NCBI GenBank assembly: GCA_964016885.1
Contig: OZ024740.1
Coordinates: forward strand, 62,806,001 to 62,870,000
Direction of reading: 5' to 3'
Length of the DNA stretch: 64,000 nucleotides
DNA from: Eledone cirrhosa
Lineage: Eukaryota
Positions 51,201-63,304 of the stretch are shown here, piece after piece. The translations under genes were made by a program, and so were the position numbers. The notes beneath the pieces were generated by a model that was not told the origin of the DNA, did not search any database, and was given only the letters and a program-made list of their open reading frames with translations. The first letter of the stretch is position 1, and the number at the start of each line of letters is the position of its first letter.

Positions 51201-53879
51201 AGAGTATTTTGTAGGGAAATAGATAGGTCTAGCATAGGCTGTCCACAATTCAAGATAGTCAGCTACACGGACCACAAATTCGTGATCTGTGTGCTTGACT
51301 TAAATAGGCTTCATAGACGAGGACCCGGCTACTGGAAGCTAAACGCGTCCTTACCAGCGCGCAAGGCCTACAGAGACCGGATTACCGATCCCGGGCAAAT
51401 CTGTGAAGCTTTTCACCGACACTTCGCACAGCTGTTCGGGTGCAGCGCGGGCCGGATCGAGGGATCGACTTTAGTGTCTACCTCGACGGACTGCCGCGGC
51501 TCTCGGCTACTGAGGCGGAGTGTTGCGAAAAGCCGATAACAGCCGCTGAAGTGGGGAGGTAATGACTGGCTGCACAAGGGGTAAATCGCCTGGTTTGGAT
51601 GGTCTGCCCTATGAACTTTTCGTACAGATGCCAGACTTGTTCGGAGGCCTCTTGGCGGACGTCTACTGCAACTGGCAACAGAACGGGAGAATTCCCAGCT
51701 CTGTGAGCCGAGGAGCTGTGGAGCTGCTGAGAAAGGATCCAAACAAGGGGGATAACATAGATAATTTCAGGCCCATAACTCTGCTAAACACAGAGTTCAA
51801 GATTTTCGCCAAGGTGCTAGCAATGAGGTTGGCGCTTGTCGTTGGTGGTCTGGTGGGAGAGGCGCAGACGTGCGCTATTCCCGACAGATCCATCCACGAC
51901 AACCTCCACCTCATGCGATACTTCGTAGAGAGGGTAGCTAGGGAACCTAGCATGGGTGGGTCCTTGATCAATTTAGATCAGTCGAAAGCTTTCGATAGGT
52001 TCGACCATCGTTACCTAGCGGCAGTCCTGAGAGCGGTTGGCTTTGGGCTCGTCTTCAGAGGCTGGATCGCTGCCATGCACAGCGACATCTGCTCTGTGGT
52101 GAGAGTGAACGGTCACCTTTCGGAACCGTTCAACATCATGAGCTCGGTCCGCCAAGGATGTCCTCTCTCGTCCCTCTTGTACGTATTGACTCTCGAGCCA
52201 TTAATGCACAAACTGGAAACGTTGAGGGGGGGTCCCGCTGAACTAGGATGCGGAAGATCCGTGTCAGCATATGCGGACGATGTCACCGTAGTGGTGTCGA
52301 ACGCCAAACACTTCGAGGCGATCGGCACACACTAAGAGAATACGAAGCGGTGACAGGAGTAATAATTAACCAGGCATAGTCAGTGGGCCTGCAGCTCGGC
52401 ACCTGGAGAGGCAGGTCCATGCCGTCCAACAGCACGTCGGGCGCTGGACAGACGGACCGGTTAAATTGCTAGGGGTCTAGTTCGGTCCGGACCTCCAGAC
52501 GGACAAAAACTGGGACAAGGTGACGAGCAGGGTGGCTTCTCTCACCCAGAAATGGGCGGAGAGGAAGCTTCCCCTGAAAGGTCGAGCGGAGGTGGCTAAC
52601 GCGTACATCGCGTCCGTCATCTACTACCGCCTGACCGTCGTACCTTGTCCTAAGCCCCGCCTGACTGCGCTGGAGCGTTTGCTCTTTCGCTTTTTGGGGA
52701 AGGGACGCGCTCCGATGGTCAGGCGGTCCATCTGCTGTCAACACCTGCTACGTGGAGGGCTGTGCATGCCGTGGCTGATGATGCGCAGACACGCGAGCAG
52801 GCTACGACATCTCCACCTCTTCCTCGACGGTGATCAAGTGTGGTCGCCGTTTGCTAGACACGTCTTTCCCCAGCTCGTCTCCTTGACGGAGCTGCAGTCC
52901 TGGGTCAAGCGAAGACCGAGAGGGAGCGGTTGGAGACTGGAATGTCTTCAGGCGCTCACAGCCCTCGACCAATCGGGCAATGTGATCGGTGGAAACTCCA
53001 CCTTGGCCTTCTATAGAGGATTAGTGGAGGGGAAGAGCGACGACGTACTTGGAGAAACTCTAGGCGTCGACCAAAATCAACTAGCCAATCTCTTCGGAAG
53101 GACTTTCGGGCCGGGGCCTATGGACAACTTCCAGAAATCCCTGGCCTGGCAGTGCTACCGAGGAGCTTTGCCAGTTCGGGATAAACTCTACAGGCATGGA
53201 GGTGTCGTCAGCCGGGCATGTCCGAGATGCGCGCAGGGCGACGAAACCGTCCTGCACGCACTCGTCCAGTGTCCGAGCATTGCTGACTTGTGGGTTTATG
53301 TCGAACACCTGCTGTCGGATCCAGCTATCAGCTGAGTCCATCGTATGGATTGCCCCGCCCTCTTCCTTTAGCCGGGAAGGGGGGCAGTTTTTATCTGTCT
53401 GGTGGCCATGGCGAAAGAGATAGTATGGTGGACACGTTTGAAAGGGCTGAAGACGAGCACTTACCTCTTCGGTGATGCCCTGATTAACTTTTTCAAATTT
53501 CATTTGAAAAGGAAAATCAGGGTAGAGAGGGAAGTGCTCTCTTCCCAGCATTTTGTTGAAAGATGAGTGAGAGAAGCAAGTATGGCCCTAGTGAATTGGC
53601 CTACTCTGAGTATGTGTCTGTAAATTAAAAGTGGAAAACTGGGAGAGGGCACTTGCCCTGGTGGTCAGGGTCACTGTGGCATTTTAATGGGCTTTCTCCA
53701 CAAATGTCCCTCCGAAGTCTCCCCCCTATTGGAGAATTTTTCGTTGTTATTTTTTTTATTACATCCTCTGTTTTTTTACACGCAGAAATGCCCATTTGTA
53801 CCGTCCTGTATTGTCCTGTACTGTCCTTAATGTCTACTTTATGTAAACCCTTGTGGTTAATAAAGAAAGCATTATTATT

Positions 53880-53880
<1 letters not shown>
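48205..53880 (+). mobile_element. Tx1/L1-clade LINE, near full length (5' UTR, ORF1, disrupted ORF2 with internal deletion, 3' UTR, ATT tail)
   Basis: ORF1 48415/48639-50288. ORF2 from ATG 50590: APE (SINARGL, VYAP, GDWN, YLDR, TDH), RT (GKSPGLDGL, AYADDV), C-terminal CCHC. 5' UTR hairpin at 48302-48331. Confidence 0.92.
48639..50288 (+). pseudogene. Tx1/L1 ORF1 (low-complexity S/N and P/T tracts, degenerate zinc knuckle)
   Basis: VEGKRQKCFRCGSKTLLRAFC (CCHC with H replaced by L); lies upstream of APE-RT ORF2. Confidence 0.75.
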
Positions 53881-53944
<64 letters not shown>

Positions 53945-53946
<2 letters not shown>

Positions 53947-54075
53947 TTTTCTTTATTAACCACAAGGGTTTACATAAAGTAGACATTAAGGACAGTACAG
54001 GACAATACAGGACGGTACAAATGGGCATTTCTGCGTGCAAAAAAAAAACAGAGGATGTAATAAAAAATATCACGA
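53945..54075 (-). mobile_element. Tx1 3'-UTR-only stub (also 56175-56343 and 56383-56500)
   Basis: Reverse complement of 53745-53880, each with its own (ATT)n tail. Confidence 0.85.
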
Positions 54076-54079
54076 GTTA

Positions 54080-54522
54080 ATTTATTTTTTTCTTTTGTTT
54101 CTGTTGTCGCTGTGGTGGGGTGGGCTGCCGGCTTTAGCACCTACAGTCATTGGTAATGGCGGGAAATGAATGTCTGCCTCAGACAAATTTAAAATATTGC
54201 TACTGCTTATATTTTTAGTGTTGGCAAACGTAGTAATATTTACAATGGTGGTGTCGGTGTGAGGTGTTAGTTTGTGAGGAAGGTGTGACTCTGAGTAGGC
54301 CATGATTTTTCAAAGAAAATTTTATTTGTTTGATAATTATAAAAAGTTGAAATTTTGGGCTCAAGGCCCCAATCTTTTTGAGTGTCCTTTTCAGAAATCA
54401 ATGTATGTTCACTTATATACAGTTAACAATAATTTTTTTTCCATAAATGGCAATTTTAAACAACTGAAAATAACAAACCTTTGCGGAGCTCACGATGATA
54501 CGATTTACTACGTAGGTCGCCA
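54080..54522 (-). mobile_element. Probable 5' end (UTR + ORF1 start MAYSES...) of another L1/Tx1-like element
   Basis: Starts at (TAA)n; layout gctccgcaaagg...gccc..ATGGC resembles 48220-48420. Confidence 0.45.
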
Positions 54523-54574
54523 ATAATAATAATAATTATAATAATAATAATAATAATAATAATGTGTATGAGAT

Positions 54575-54586
54575 AGATAGAGCGAT

Positions 54587-54644
<58 letters not shown>

Positions 54645-54676
54645 TGTGTGTGTTTGTGTAAGAGAGAGATAAATAG

Positions 54677-54770
<94 letters not shown>

Positions 54771-54780
54771 CAGACAGACA
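54575..54780. repeat. (GA)n/(GATA)n microsatellite
   Basis: Direct reading. Confidence 0.95.
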
Positions 54781-54817
54781 TGGACACTCTGTGTGTGTTC
54801 GTAGGGGGTGGGGGTGG

Positions 54818-56124
54818 ACCAGTAGTAACCTACAGTTACAATGTCATCAACTGGTCAAGCACAAAAATCCGAAAATTCTTAACCATGCACAGAATGCATC
54901 ACCCTAAGGCAGACATAGATAGAATATATCTCCCTAGGAAAGAAGGAGGACGTGGGTTAATCCAGTTAGACATTGCGTTGAAAACTGCAACAATTGGATT
55001 ATCCACATATCTAAGGGAATCACATGATTGGATGATCAAACTCGTTTCGAAACACGAAAGCACCAAAAGATCATATTCCATTACAAAAGATGCACAAAGA
55101 TACAGTAATGGACTACAAATTTCAGAAGTCCCATTTACTGCTGAAATGGAAAACACAGAAAAAGCAAAGCAGGTAAAAGTAACTGCAAAGAAAGAACTGC
55201 TACAGAAACTGGCTAAGAAATGGCAAGAAAAGCCTCTGTATGGAAAATACCCAGAGCGAGCTAACAATCCTGATGTTGACAAAACTTTAACCCATCAGTG
55301 GTTGGCATCCTCTGGACTGAAATCGGAGACTGAAGGACTGATTATATCCGCACAAGATCAGTGTCTGCCAACAAAAAATTACCAAGCCAACATAATAAAA
55401 AATGGGTGCAGCCCATTATGCCGTGTATGCAAAAAACAACCAGAGACCATTGACCATATAATTTCAATGTGCAGTCCTATAGCTCCAACCGAATACCTAA
55501 ACAGGCATGACAGAGCTGCACAATACATACATTGGATAATGTGTAAGCATTTTGACCTGCCCCATCAAAAGAATTGGTGGGAGCATCAACCACCTCCCAT
55601 ACTTGAAAAAGATCACATCTCAATCTTGTGGAACTTTAGCATCCAAACAGACCGAAAAATAGATGCAAATAGACCTGATATAATATTGAAGGACTTTCAA
55701 AGGAGGGTATGCCTGCTAATTGATATGTCTGTTCCAATAGACAAGAATGTATCTATAAAAACATTTGAAAAATTGAGCAAGTATAAGGACCTGGAGATAG
55801 AAATTGGAAAAATGTGGAAATTGAGAACTAAAACAATACCAGTGGTTGTAGGCGCTCTGGGAATGATACCTAAGGGGTCTAACGACTACTTATCGCAAAT
55901 CCCAGGAAACCCGCGTATAGGAGAAATACAAAAGATAGTACTAATAGGAACTGCCCATATACTAAGGAAGATTCTGTCAATATAAGTACATCACAAGTCT
56001 AAACACTAAAGATGCATGTGTGAATATGTATGTTCTTTCTTGAACATGGCGGACCTTGTTGTCTCTTGAGGTCACTGGTTGTGACTTGGTGATAACTCGT
56101 ATGAACATAAAACAAGATAAATGC
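54818..56124 (+). mobile_element. R4/Dong family B 3' fragment
   Basis: ORF 54780-55985 near-identical to the family B C-terminus; same 3' UTR then (AAT)n. Confidence 0.93.
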
Positions 56125-56176
<52 letters not shown>

Positions 56177-56338
56177 TTTTCTTTATTAACCACAAGGGTT
56201 TACATAAAGTAGACATTAAGGACAGTACAGGACAATACAGGACGGTACAAATGGGCATTTCTGCGTGTAAAAAAAACGGAGGTTGAAATAAAATAACAAA
56301 GAAAAATTCCCCAATAGGGGGGGGGAGACTTCCGAGGG

Positions 56339-56383
<45 letters not shown>

Positions 56384-56519
56384 TTTTCTTTATTAACCAC
56401 AAGGTTTCACATAAAGTAGACATTAAGGACAGTACAGGACAATACAGGACGGTACAAATGGGCATTTCTGCGTGTAAAAAAACAGAGGTTGAAATAAAAA
56501 TAATAATAATAATAATAAT

Positions 56520-58268
56520 GAGATCTTCAAGGTGGCAGATAACATCAGACAGTTGTTGGGCAAAAGTATGAAGTCCTGGAAAACAGAGTTAACATCAGCT
56601 GGAGAATCCTTGGGAAGCGTGAAGATCAAGAGAGGTATCTTCCAGGGAGATAGTCTGTCCCCTCTGTTGTTTGTCCTTGCCCTGATGCCCCTGACCATTA
56701 TACTGCGAAAAGTGAGAGCAGGATACAAGTTGGGAAAGGGAGAGCTTACCATCAATCACCTCCTCTTCATGGACGATCTTAAGCTCTTCGGGAAGAGTGA
56801 GAAGGAGTTGGATGTGCTTGTTGACACTGTCCGTATTTTCACCAATGATATATGTATGCAATTTGGTATTAGTAATTGTGGAGTCCTGTGATGAAGAGGG
56901 GGTAAATTGAGCAGAAGCAACGGAATCCAGGTACCAACAGGTTAGATGATAAAGGAAATTGACACTGAAGAAGGATACAAGTATATGGGTGTTCTGGAGG
57001 CTGATGACATTAAGAACAAAAAAATGAAGGGATTGATAAGATCTGAATACATTCGGAGAGTAAGGACGGTATTAAAGTCACATCTGAACAGTAGGAATGC
57101 CATAAGTGCAGTAAATTCCCTAGCTGTGTCTATTATTAGGTACAGTGCGGGAATTCTGAGATGGAATGTTGCTGAACAAAAAGAAATGGATAGGAAGACT
57201 AGGAAGCTATTGACTATCTACAACATGTTCCACAAGAAGGTGTGATATCGATAGACTCTACTTAAGGAGATCTGAAGGTGGAAGAGGTCTTATCAGCATA
57301 GAGGACTGTGTTCAGATGGAGAAAAAACAACCTACACAAATACGTGACTGATAGTAAGGAGCCAATGCTCAGAATTGTACTGAAGGAGAGGACAATAGAC
57401 CAGGGGATGTCCAAGGAGGAAATAACAACAAGGAGAAAGAGCAGCCTTCATGAAAAATCCCTTCATAGTACCTTCTTTGAGAAAACTGAATTCAGAGATC
57501 CACAGACATGGAACTGGTTGAACAGAGGAGACCGTAAAAAGGCTACAGAAGGAATGCTAATGGCTGGCAAGAGCAGGCCCTCAAAACGAAGTGGTTGAAA
57601 CACCATATTTACAAGGAGGAGGCTAGCCCACTGTGCAGGATCTGTGGAGAGAGAGAAGAGACTGTGGCTCACATTGTATCCGAGTGTAAACACCTAGCCC
57701 AGACTCACTATAAGGGCTGGAGACATGATGTGATGGGCAGGGTGATCCACTGGCACCTATGCAAAGTAAACAATTTACCACATTCTGAGAAGTGGTATGA
57801 GCATAAGCCAGAGTCGGTGATAGAAAACGATCAGGTGAAGGTGTTGTGAGATTTTAGGATACAGACGGACAAGAAACTGGAACACAATAGACCTGACCTG
57901 GTGGTTTTGGACGAGGAAAAAAGATCGTGCCTGATTGTGGATGTGGCCTGCCCATTCGACACGAGAGTGCAAGAGAAGGAGAGGGAGAACATTAGCCGAT
58001 ACCAGGACTTAAAGTGGGAGGTAAAAAGGATTTGGAACTGCCATGAAGTCAAAGTGGTCCCGATTGTCATAGGCGCACTAGTTTCGAGAGATGGTTAAAG
58101 AAAATTGGCCCCTCCACGCTTTTTGGAACGCTTCAAAAGGCATGCTTGCTGGGAACATCAAGAACTTTCCGATACGTCCTGAATATCTGAGGCTGCAGGT
58201 AGTGGCTTGATATTCATTTCAACAAACTTTCCAGTTAACTAACATCAATGACTGAGACTCAAAGAACA
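56520..58268 (+). mobile_element. R4/Dong family A 3' fragment, disrupted
   Basis: GIFQGDSLSP, HLLFMDDL, CRICGEREETVAH; stops and frameshifts; same 3' UTR as 36031-36105. Confidence 0.93.
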
Positions 58269-58272
58269 ATAA

Positions 58273-58465
58273 TAATTGTGTTTACTTTTGGCACAAGGTC
58301 AGACATTATCCCAGTACATTACTTGTACTTTATTTTATCAACCCCGTAAGGATGAAAGGCAAAGTTAACTTCGGCGGGATTTGAACTCAGACCATAAATA
58401 GCCGTAACTCTATGCTGCTAAACATGGCGTCCGACCCTCTACCAATACTGCCACCCCAACGCCTT
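58273..58465 (-). mobile_element. tRNA-derived SINE; right border of the LINE cluster
   Basis: Reverse complement of the SINE consensus seen at 33428. Confidence 0.8.
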
Positions 58466-58642
58466 TAAAATTTAATGATGAATTGTTATGTTTTCAATAC
58501 GTCTATTGAGTAGTGACGCGCGTTTCGCTATTGATCAGCTCAAGTTTTGATCAGTGTCGACCTAGCTCGATTCTGGAATCAAAAGTTCGTCGGAACTCTG
58601 TCGTGATAATGACAGAATGAACCCCTTAGGGCGTAGAAAAAG

Positions 58643-58737
<95 letters not shown>

Positions 58738-58740
<3 letters not shown>

Positions 58741-58932
58741 AAAACAGTCAAGCTGAGCTCCAGCCGTTTCGACAGCTAGACCCGTACAGCTAGATCGGAT
58801 TTAGCTGTCGAAACGGCCGCATCTCAGCCGTCGGGGTCCTGACTCTTTTCTTATTACCCTCTCTACTACCCTAACTATCGAGTACTCTAGTGCGTTATGG
58901 TCCACCTGGTATCTTACCACACCTTTTTGTTA
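58738..58932 (+). mobile_element. Half-hammerhead foldback family, copy 4
   Basis: acagcta(gatcggatt)tagctgt-c-GAAA-cggc..gccg-TC-ggggtc plus the family tail. Confidence 0.72.
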
Positions 58933-59237
58933 CACACACACACATATATATATATATGTATTAAAATATTGATCAATACTCGATGTAATTAATTATAATG
59001 TCTGACAAAAGTATAGTTTAATTAAAGTGCTACAGATAGACACTATTAGAACCTAAAATTCACCTCACCAATATAGATTTTAAAAAATTGTTTCATTAAG
59101 AGCAGTAACATAAAAATGTAAGGGTAGGTAAAGAATTATACAGGTGCAATGAGAGAAAAGATGTTATAAGATCGTTTGTTACCATCCATATTTATACACA
59201 CACACACATACACACAAACAAACAAACACACACACAA

Positions 59238-59302
<65 letters not shown>

Positions 59303-59495
59303 TATATATACACACACACACATATATTTTCAGTTTTGTATGGCTTCTTAACACATTGTTTAGCTCTGGTTTTTAACTATTGAGCACTTTGCCAGTATCA
59401 TTTCTGATTTTTGCGTTTCGGTTCGCTTTTCCTGCCCGCCGAAATGCGATTGTCGCTTAATCTTTATTTGTATATATATATATACACACACACAC

Positions 59496-59567
<72 letters not shown>

Positions 59568-59572
<5 letters not shown>

Positions 59573-59745
59573 AACCAGTAAGACCCCGACAGCTGAGCTC
59601 AAGCCGTTTCGACGGCTATAGCCATCGAAACGGCTTGAGCTCAGCTGTCGGGGTCTTACTGGTTCCTATTACCCACTCTACTACCTCAAGTATTGAGTAC
59701 TTTGGTGCGTTATGGTCCACCTGGTTCCTTACCACATTTCCTTCG

Positions 59746-59748
<3 letters not shown>
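59568..59748 (+). mobile_element. Half-hammerhead foldback family, copy 5
   Basis: About 100-bp near-perfect palindrome 59568-59669 centred on ggctatagcc, plus tail. Confidence 0.75.
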
Positions 59749-59792
<44 letters not shown>

Positions 59793-59795
<3 letters not shown>

Positions 59796-60488
59796 CGTTT
59801 CTGAATTTGTTTAGCAAGATTCTTTATCTGAAAACGTGTGTTGAAACCAATATTGTTATACTTTGGGAGGGTCATGTTGCCAATAAGTAGTAAAGAATCA
59901 TCTGTACTCTACCAACATGCTAAAATAGAACATAAGGGTAAATTAGAGAACATAGAAATAAAAATAGAATCCACACACAGAAAAGACGCAATGTTTAGAC
60001 AAATCAAAGAGGCAATAAACATAAAGGAACTCCAACCAAAATTAAATAGAAAACATGAGTGGAACAGCAACATCACAACTTACAATTAAGGACAAAATGA
60101 AAACACACACACACATAGAACAAACAACCAACCAGTAACATGTAAATAAACAAATAATAAAGCTAATATAAACACACACTGACACCCGGATGTAACACAT
60201 GCGCAAACTAAGCACACAACACACACACAAAAACAAGATGGCGTAGGACAGAACAAAGGAGAGGCACAAAAAGCAAAGAAAAGAATCCCCAGTCACTAAA
60301 GAGGTCACAGAATGTGTGACGAAAGAACTTTGACAATATATAAAAAACCATCTGGTTGTGGAACCAACCAACCAACCGGAAATTTATAAATTCCTAAATT
60401 TATAAATTTATTTTATAATAAATTGAAATGAAAGCAACTGGTACGTGTGTTTCTTATTGGCAACATGACCCTCCCAAAGTATAACAAT
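59793..60488 (+). mobile_element. PLE family 2 3' fragment with short inverted terminal segment
   Basis: SKESSVLYQHAKIEHKG...NSNITTYN plus pLTR, as in the 13387-15252 family. Confidence 0.9.
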
Positions 60489-60498
60489 ATATATATAT

Positions 60499-60529
<31 letters not shown>

Positions 60530-60544
60530 CACATATATATATAA

Positions 60545-61980
60545 TAAAAAATTGAACAGGGACAGAACAGAGAGGCAGTACGACAAATGTTTATTAGATT
60601 CACGCTCAGGAGAGTGGGGGGTAGGTGGAGGACGACGTTTCGGGCATAAGCCCTTCTTCAGGTAAGAGTTCAAAAGGTGTGTAGGGGAGTGGTGGAGAGA
60701 CATATAGCGAAAGGAAACGGTGCGAATGAAAAATTAACAAATAAAGACAAAAATATAATAAATAATAAATAAAAATAAAGCATGATCAAAATACAAGGAA
60801 TGAGAACATTTAAAAATAAAGGCATGATCAAAATAAACTGAAATTAAAAGGGGGGTAAACAGGTGGTGGAAGGGTGTGGGGTGAGTAGAGGTGGAGGCGG
60901 GTGGAGTGGGGAGAGGGAGACGGGGTGTCCGAGCGGGGAGGGCTGAAGGTGGTGTGTGCGTGTGTGGTTAGGTGTGCGTGTGTGTGTGTGTGTGTGTATG
61001 TGAAAGTGAGGGTTGGGGGAAGAACGGGGTTGCATGTTCAGGAAGGTGTGTGTGGGGGGTGTTTTTGTGTGTCGGAGGGTCTGTGCGTGTGTGGATAGGG
61101 GGTGGGGGGAGAGGAATCAGGGGGCTGAGGGTGTAAATATGTGGTGGGAAGCACGTGTGTGTGGTTTAAGCGTGTTGTGGGTGTGGGTGGCGTGTGGATA
61201 AACATTTTTTTTGTTTTGGGATGTGTGTGTGGGTGAGTTAAATAGGTGATGGTGTTAGAGGATGGTTGAAAAGTGGTAAGTTACACGGATGTATGGAGAT
61301 TTTGGTTGGAAGTCAAAACGCATGTGGGTAATCCAAGAAGCGGTGGTCGGAAGAGGAGAGATGTGGCGTGCGCGCGCAACAGGAAGTGGTCAGCAGTGGG
61401 AGTGCTGTGGTCAGTGGGTGCTGAGACAGTGGTCGGAAGGGCATAGCAGCAGTCAGCGGAATGGTAGGGAGGCGAGGATGGGTAGGTGTGAGAGTTGGAG
61501 TGAGGAGGGTGTGTGTGTGTGTGTGTATTAGTAGGGGTGTTAGTGGGATGAGTGAGTGTGGAGTGGGGAGAGAAGGGTGTGTGTGGTTCTATGGAGGGAG
61601 TGTGGTGTACTGGTGTGTGTGTAGTTTGGTGAGGGGGTGTTAGTGGGTGTTAGTAGACGGGAGGTGGGGAGGGGTGGAATGCAGGTGTGAGTGGGGGTTA
61701 GTGGGGGTAGGGTGTGTAGAGTTGGTGGTGTACGAGGGTGTGTGGGTACGTGTGCGTGGGGTTGGAGGGTGTTAGTGATGTTAGTTGCGTGTGGGGTGGG
61801 TGGTGTAAGTGTGTGCGTGTGATAAGGAGGGGGGAGGAGGAGAAGAGGGGAGGGAAGGGATGTTAGTATGTTAGTTGGGGAAGGGTGGTTAGATGAGGGG
61901 TGGAGTGGGGGTGTTAGTATTGTTAGTGTGGGGTGGGCGGTGAAAAGGAGGGGTGTGTTAGTGGGGGATAAGTGGGGGAT
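60545..61980 (-). mobile_element. Degenerate PLE-like remnant with HHR-like motif at 60630-60665
   Basis: Reverse complement: ac-CTGAAGA-a-gggc(ttat)gccc-GAAA-cg-TC-gt (weak stem I); linker-like PYIRVTYH; otherwise low complexity. Confidence 0.45.
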
Positions 61981-61988
61981 ATATGTAT

Positions 61989-62040
<52 letters not shown>

Positions 62041-62046
<6 letters not shown>

Positions 62047-63304
62047 ATACTTTGGGAGGGTCATGTTACCTATAAGAAACACACGCACCAGTTGCTTTAC
62101 TTCAATTTATTATAATAAATTTATAATAAATTTATAAATTTATAAATTTCTGGTTGGTTGGTTGGTTCCACAACCAGATAGTTGTTTATATATTGTCATA
62201 GTTCTTTCGTCACAGACTCTGTGACCTCTTCAGTGACTGGGGATTCCTTTCTTTGTTTCTGTGCTTCTCCTTTGTTCTGTCCTACGCCATTTTGTTTCTG
62301 TGTGTGTGTTGTGTGCTCAGTCTGCGCATGCACCACATCCGGGTGTCTGTGTGTGTTTATGTTCATTTATTTATTTGTTTATTTACATGTTACTGGTTGG
62401 TTGTTTGTTCTATGTGTGTGTGTGTTTTCATTTTGTCCTTAATTGTAAGTTGTGATGTTGCTGTTCCACTCATATTTTCTATTTAATTTTGGTTGTAATT
62501 CTTTTGGTTGTAATTCTTTTGTAATTCTTTTATGTTTATTGCCTCTGTAATTTGTCTAAACATTGCGTCTTTTCTGTATGTAGATTCTATTTTTATTTCT
62601 ATGCTCTCTAATTTACCCTTGTGTTCTATTTTAGCATGTTGGTAGAGTACAGATGATTCTTTACTATCTTGAAGGTCTCGCCAGTGTTCATTTATCCGTT
62701 CCCCTACACTACGAGCTGTCTCACCTATGTACACTATATTTTTGTCTCTACATTGTCCTTCAGTACATCTTATGCTATACACTACATTTCTAGTTTTACA
62801 GTTAATATGGGAGCTTATTTTACAGGTTATACATTTCTTATCTATACATGAGGGTCTTTGAAAAGGGTATGTCTTGCTAATAAGTGTTTTTACGGAGGTA
62901 CCTGGCCTTTCTACTATCTTAATATTGAGTTTATGTTTATTTAGGGCCCTTCTAAATTTGTAAGCTAATTTACCTCTAGGGGTTGTATCGATGAACTTTA
63001 TTGCTATCATACCATTAGTTTATTCTATTAGCCTTGTTCCTAGTTTTTTCTAATCTATTCCAAAATTTGCTCCTATACAAGGGACAGGTCCCATTTATGT
63101 CATTATTTACCATTTTTTCCCATTTGGTTCTGGCTCCTCTATACACTCTGATTTTATCTCTCTGATTGTATCCAGAGAACTGCATACTGTGGATGAAGTA
63201 TTGTATGTGTCTCTCTAGTTCTTCGGGGTTGCACATGCGGGACACGTTTCTCATCACCCGTACCAAATCCGCAATCAGTATGTTGATTTTGGTATGGTCC
63301 GAAA
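62041..63304 (-). mobile_element. PLE family 2 segment (thumb-EN-pLTR), probably the inverted arm of the element continuing rightwards
   Basis: ORFs 62483-63010 and 63015-63304 match the 13841-14982 proteins; HHR at 62195-62237. Confidence 0.9.
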
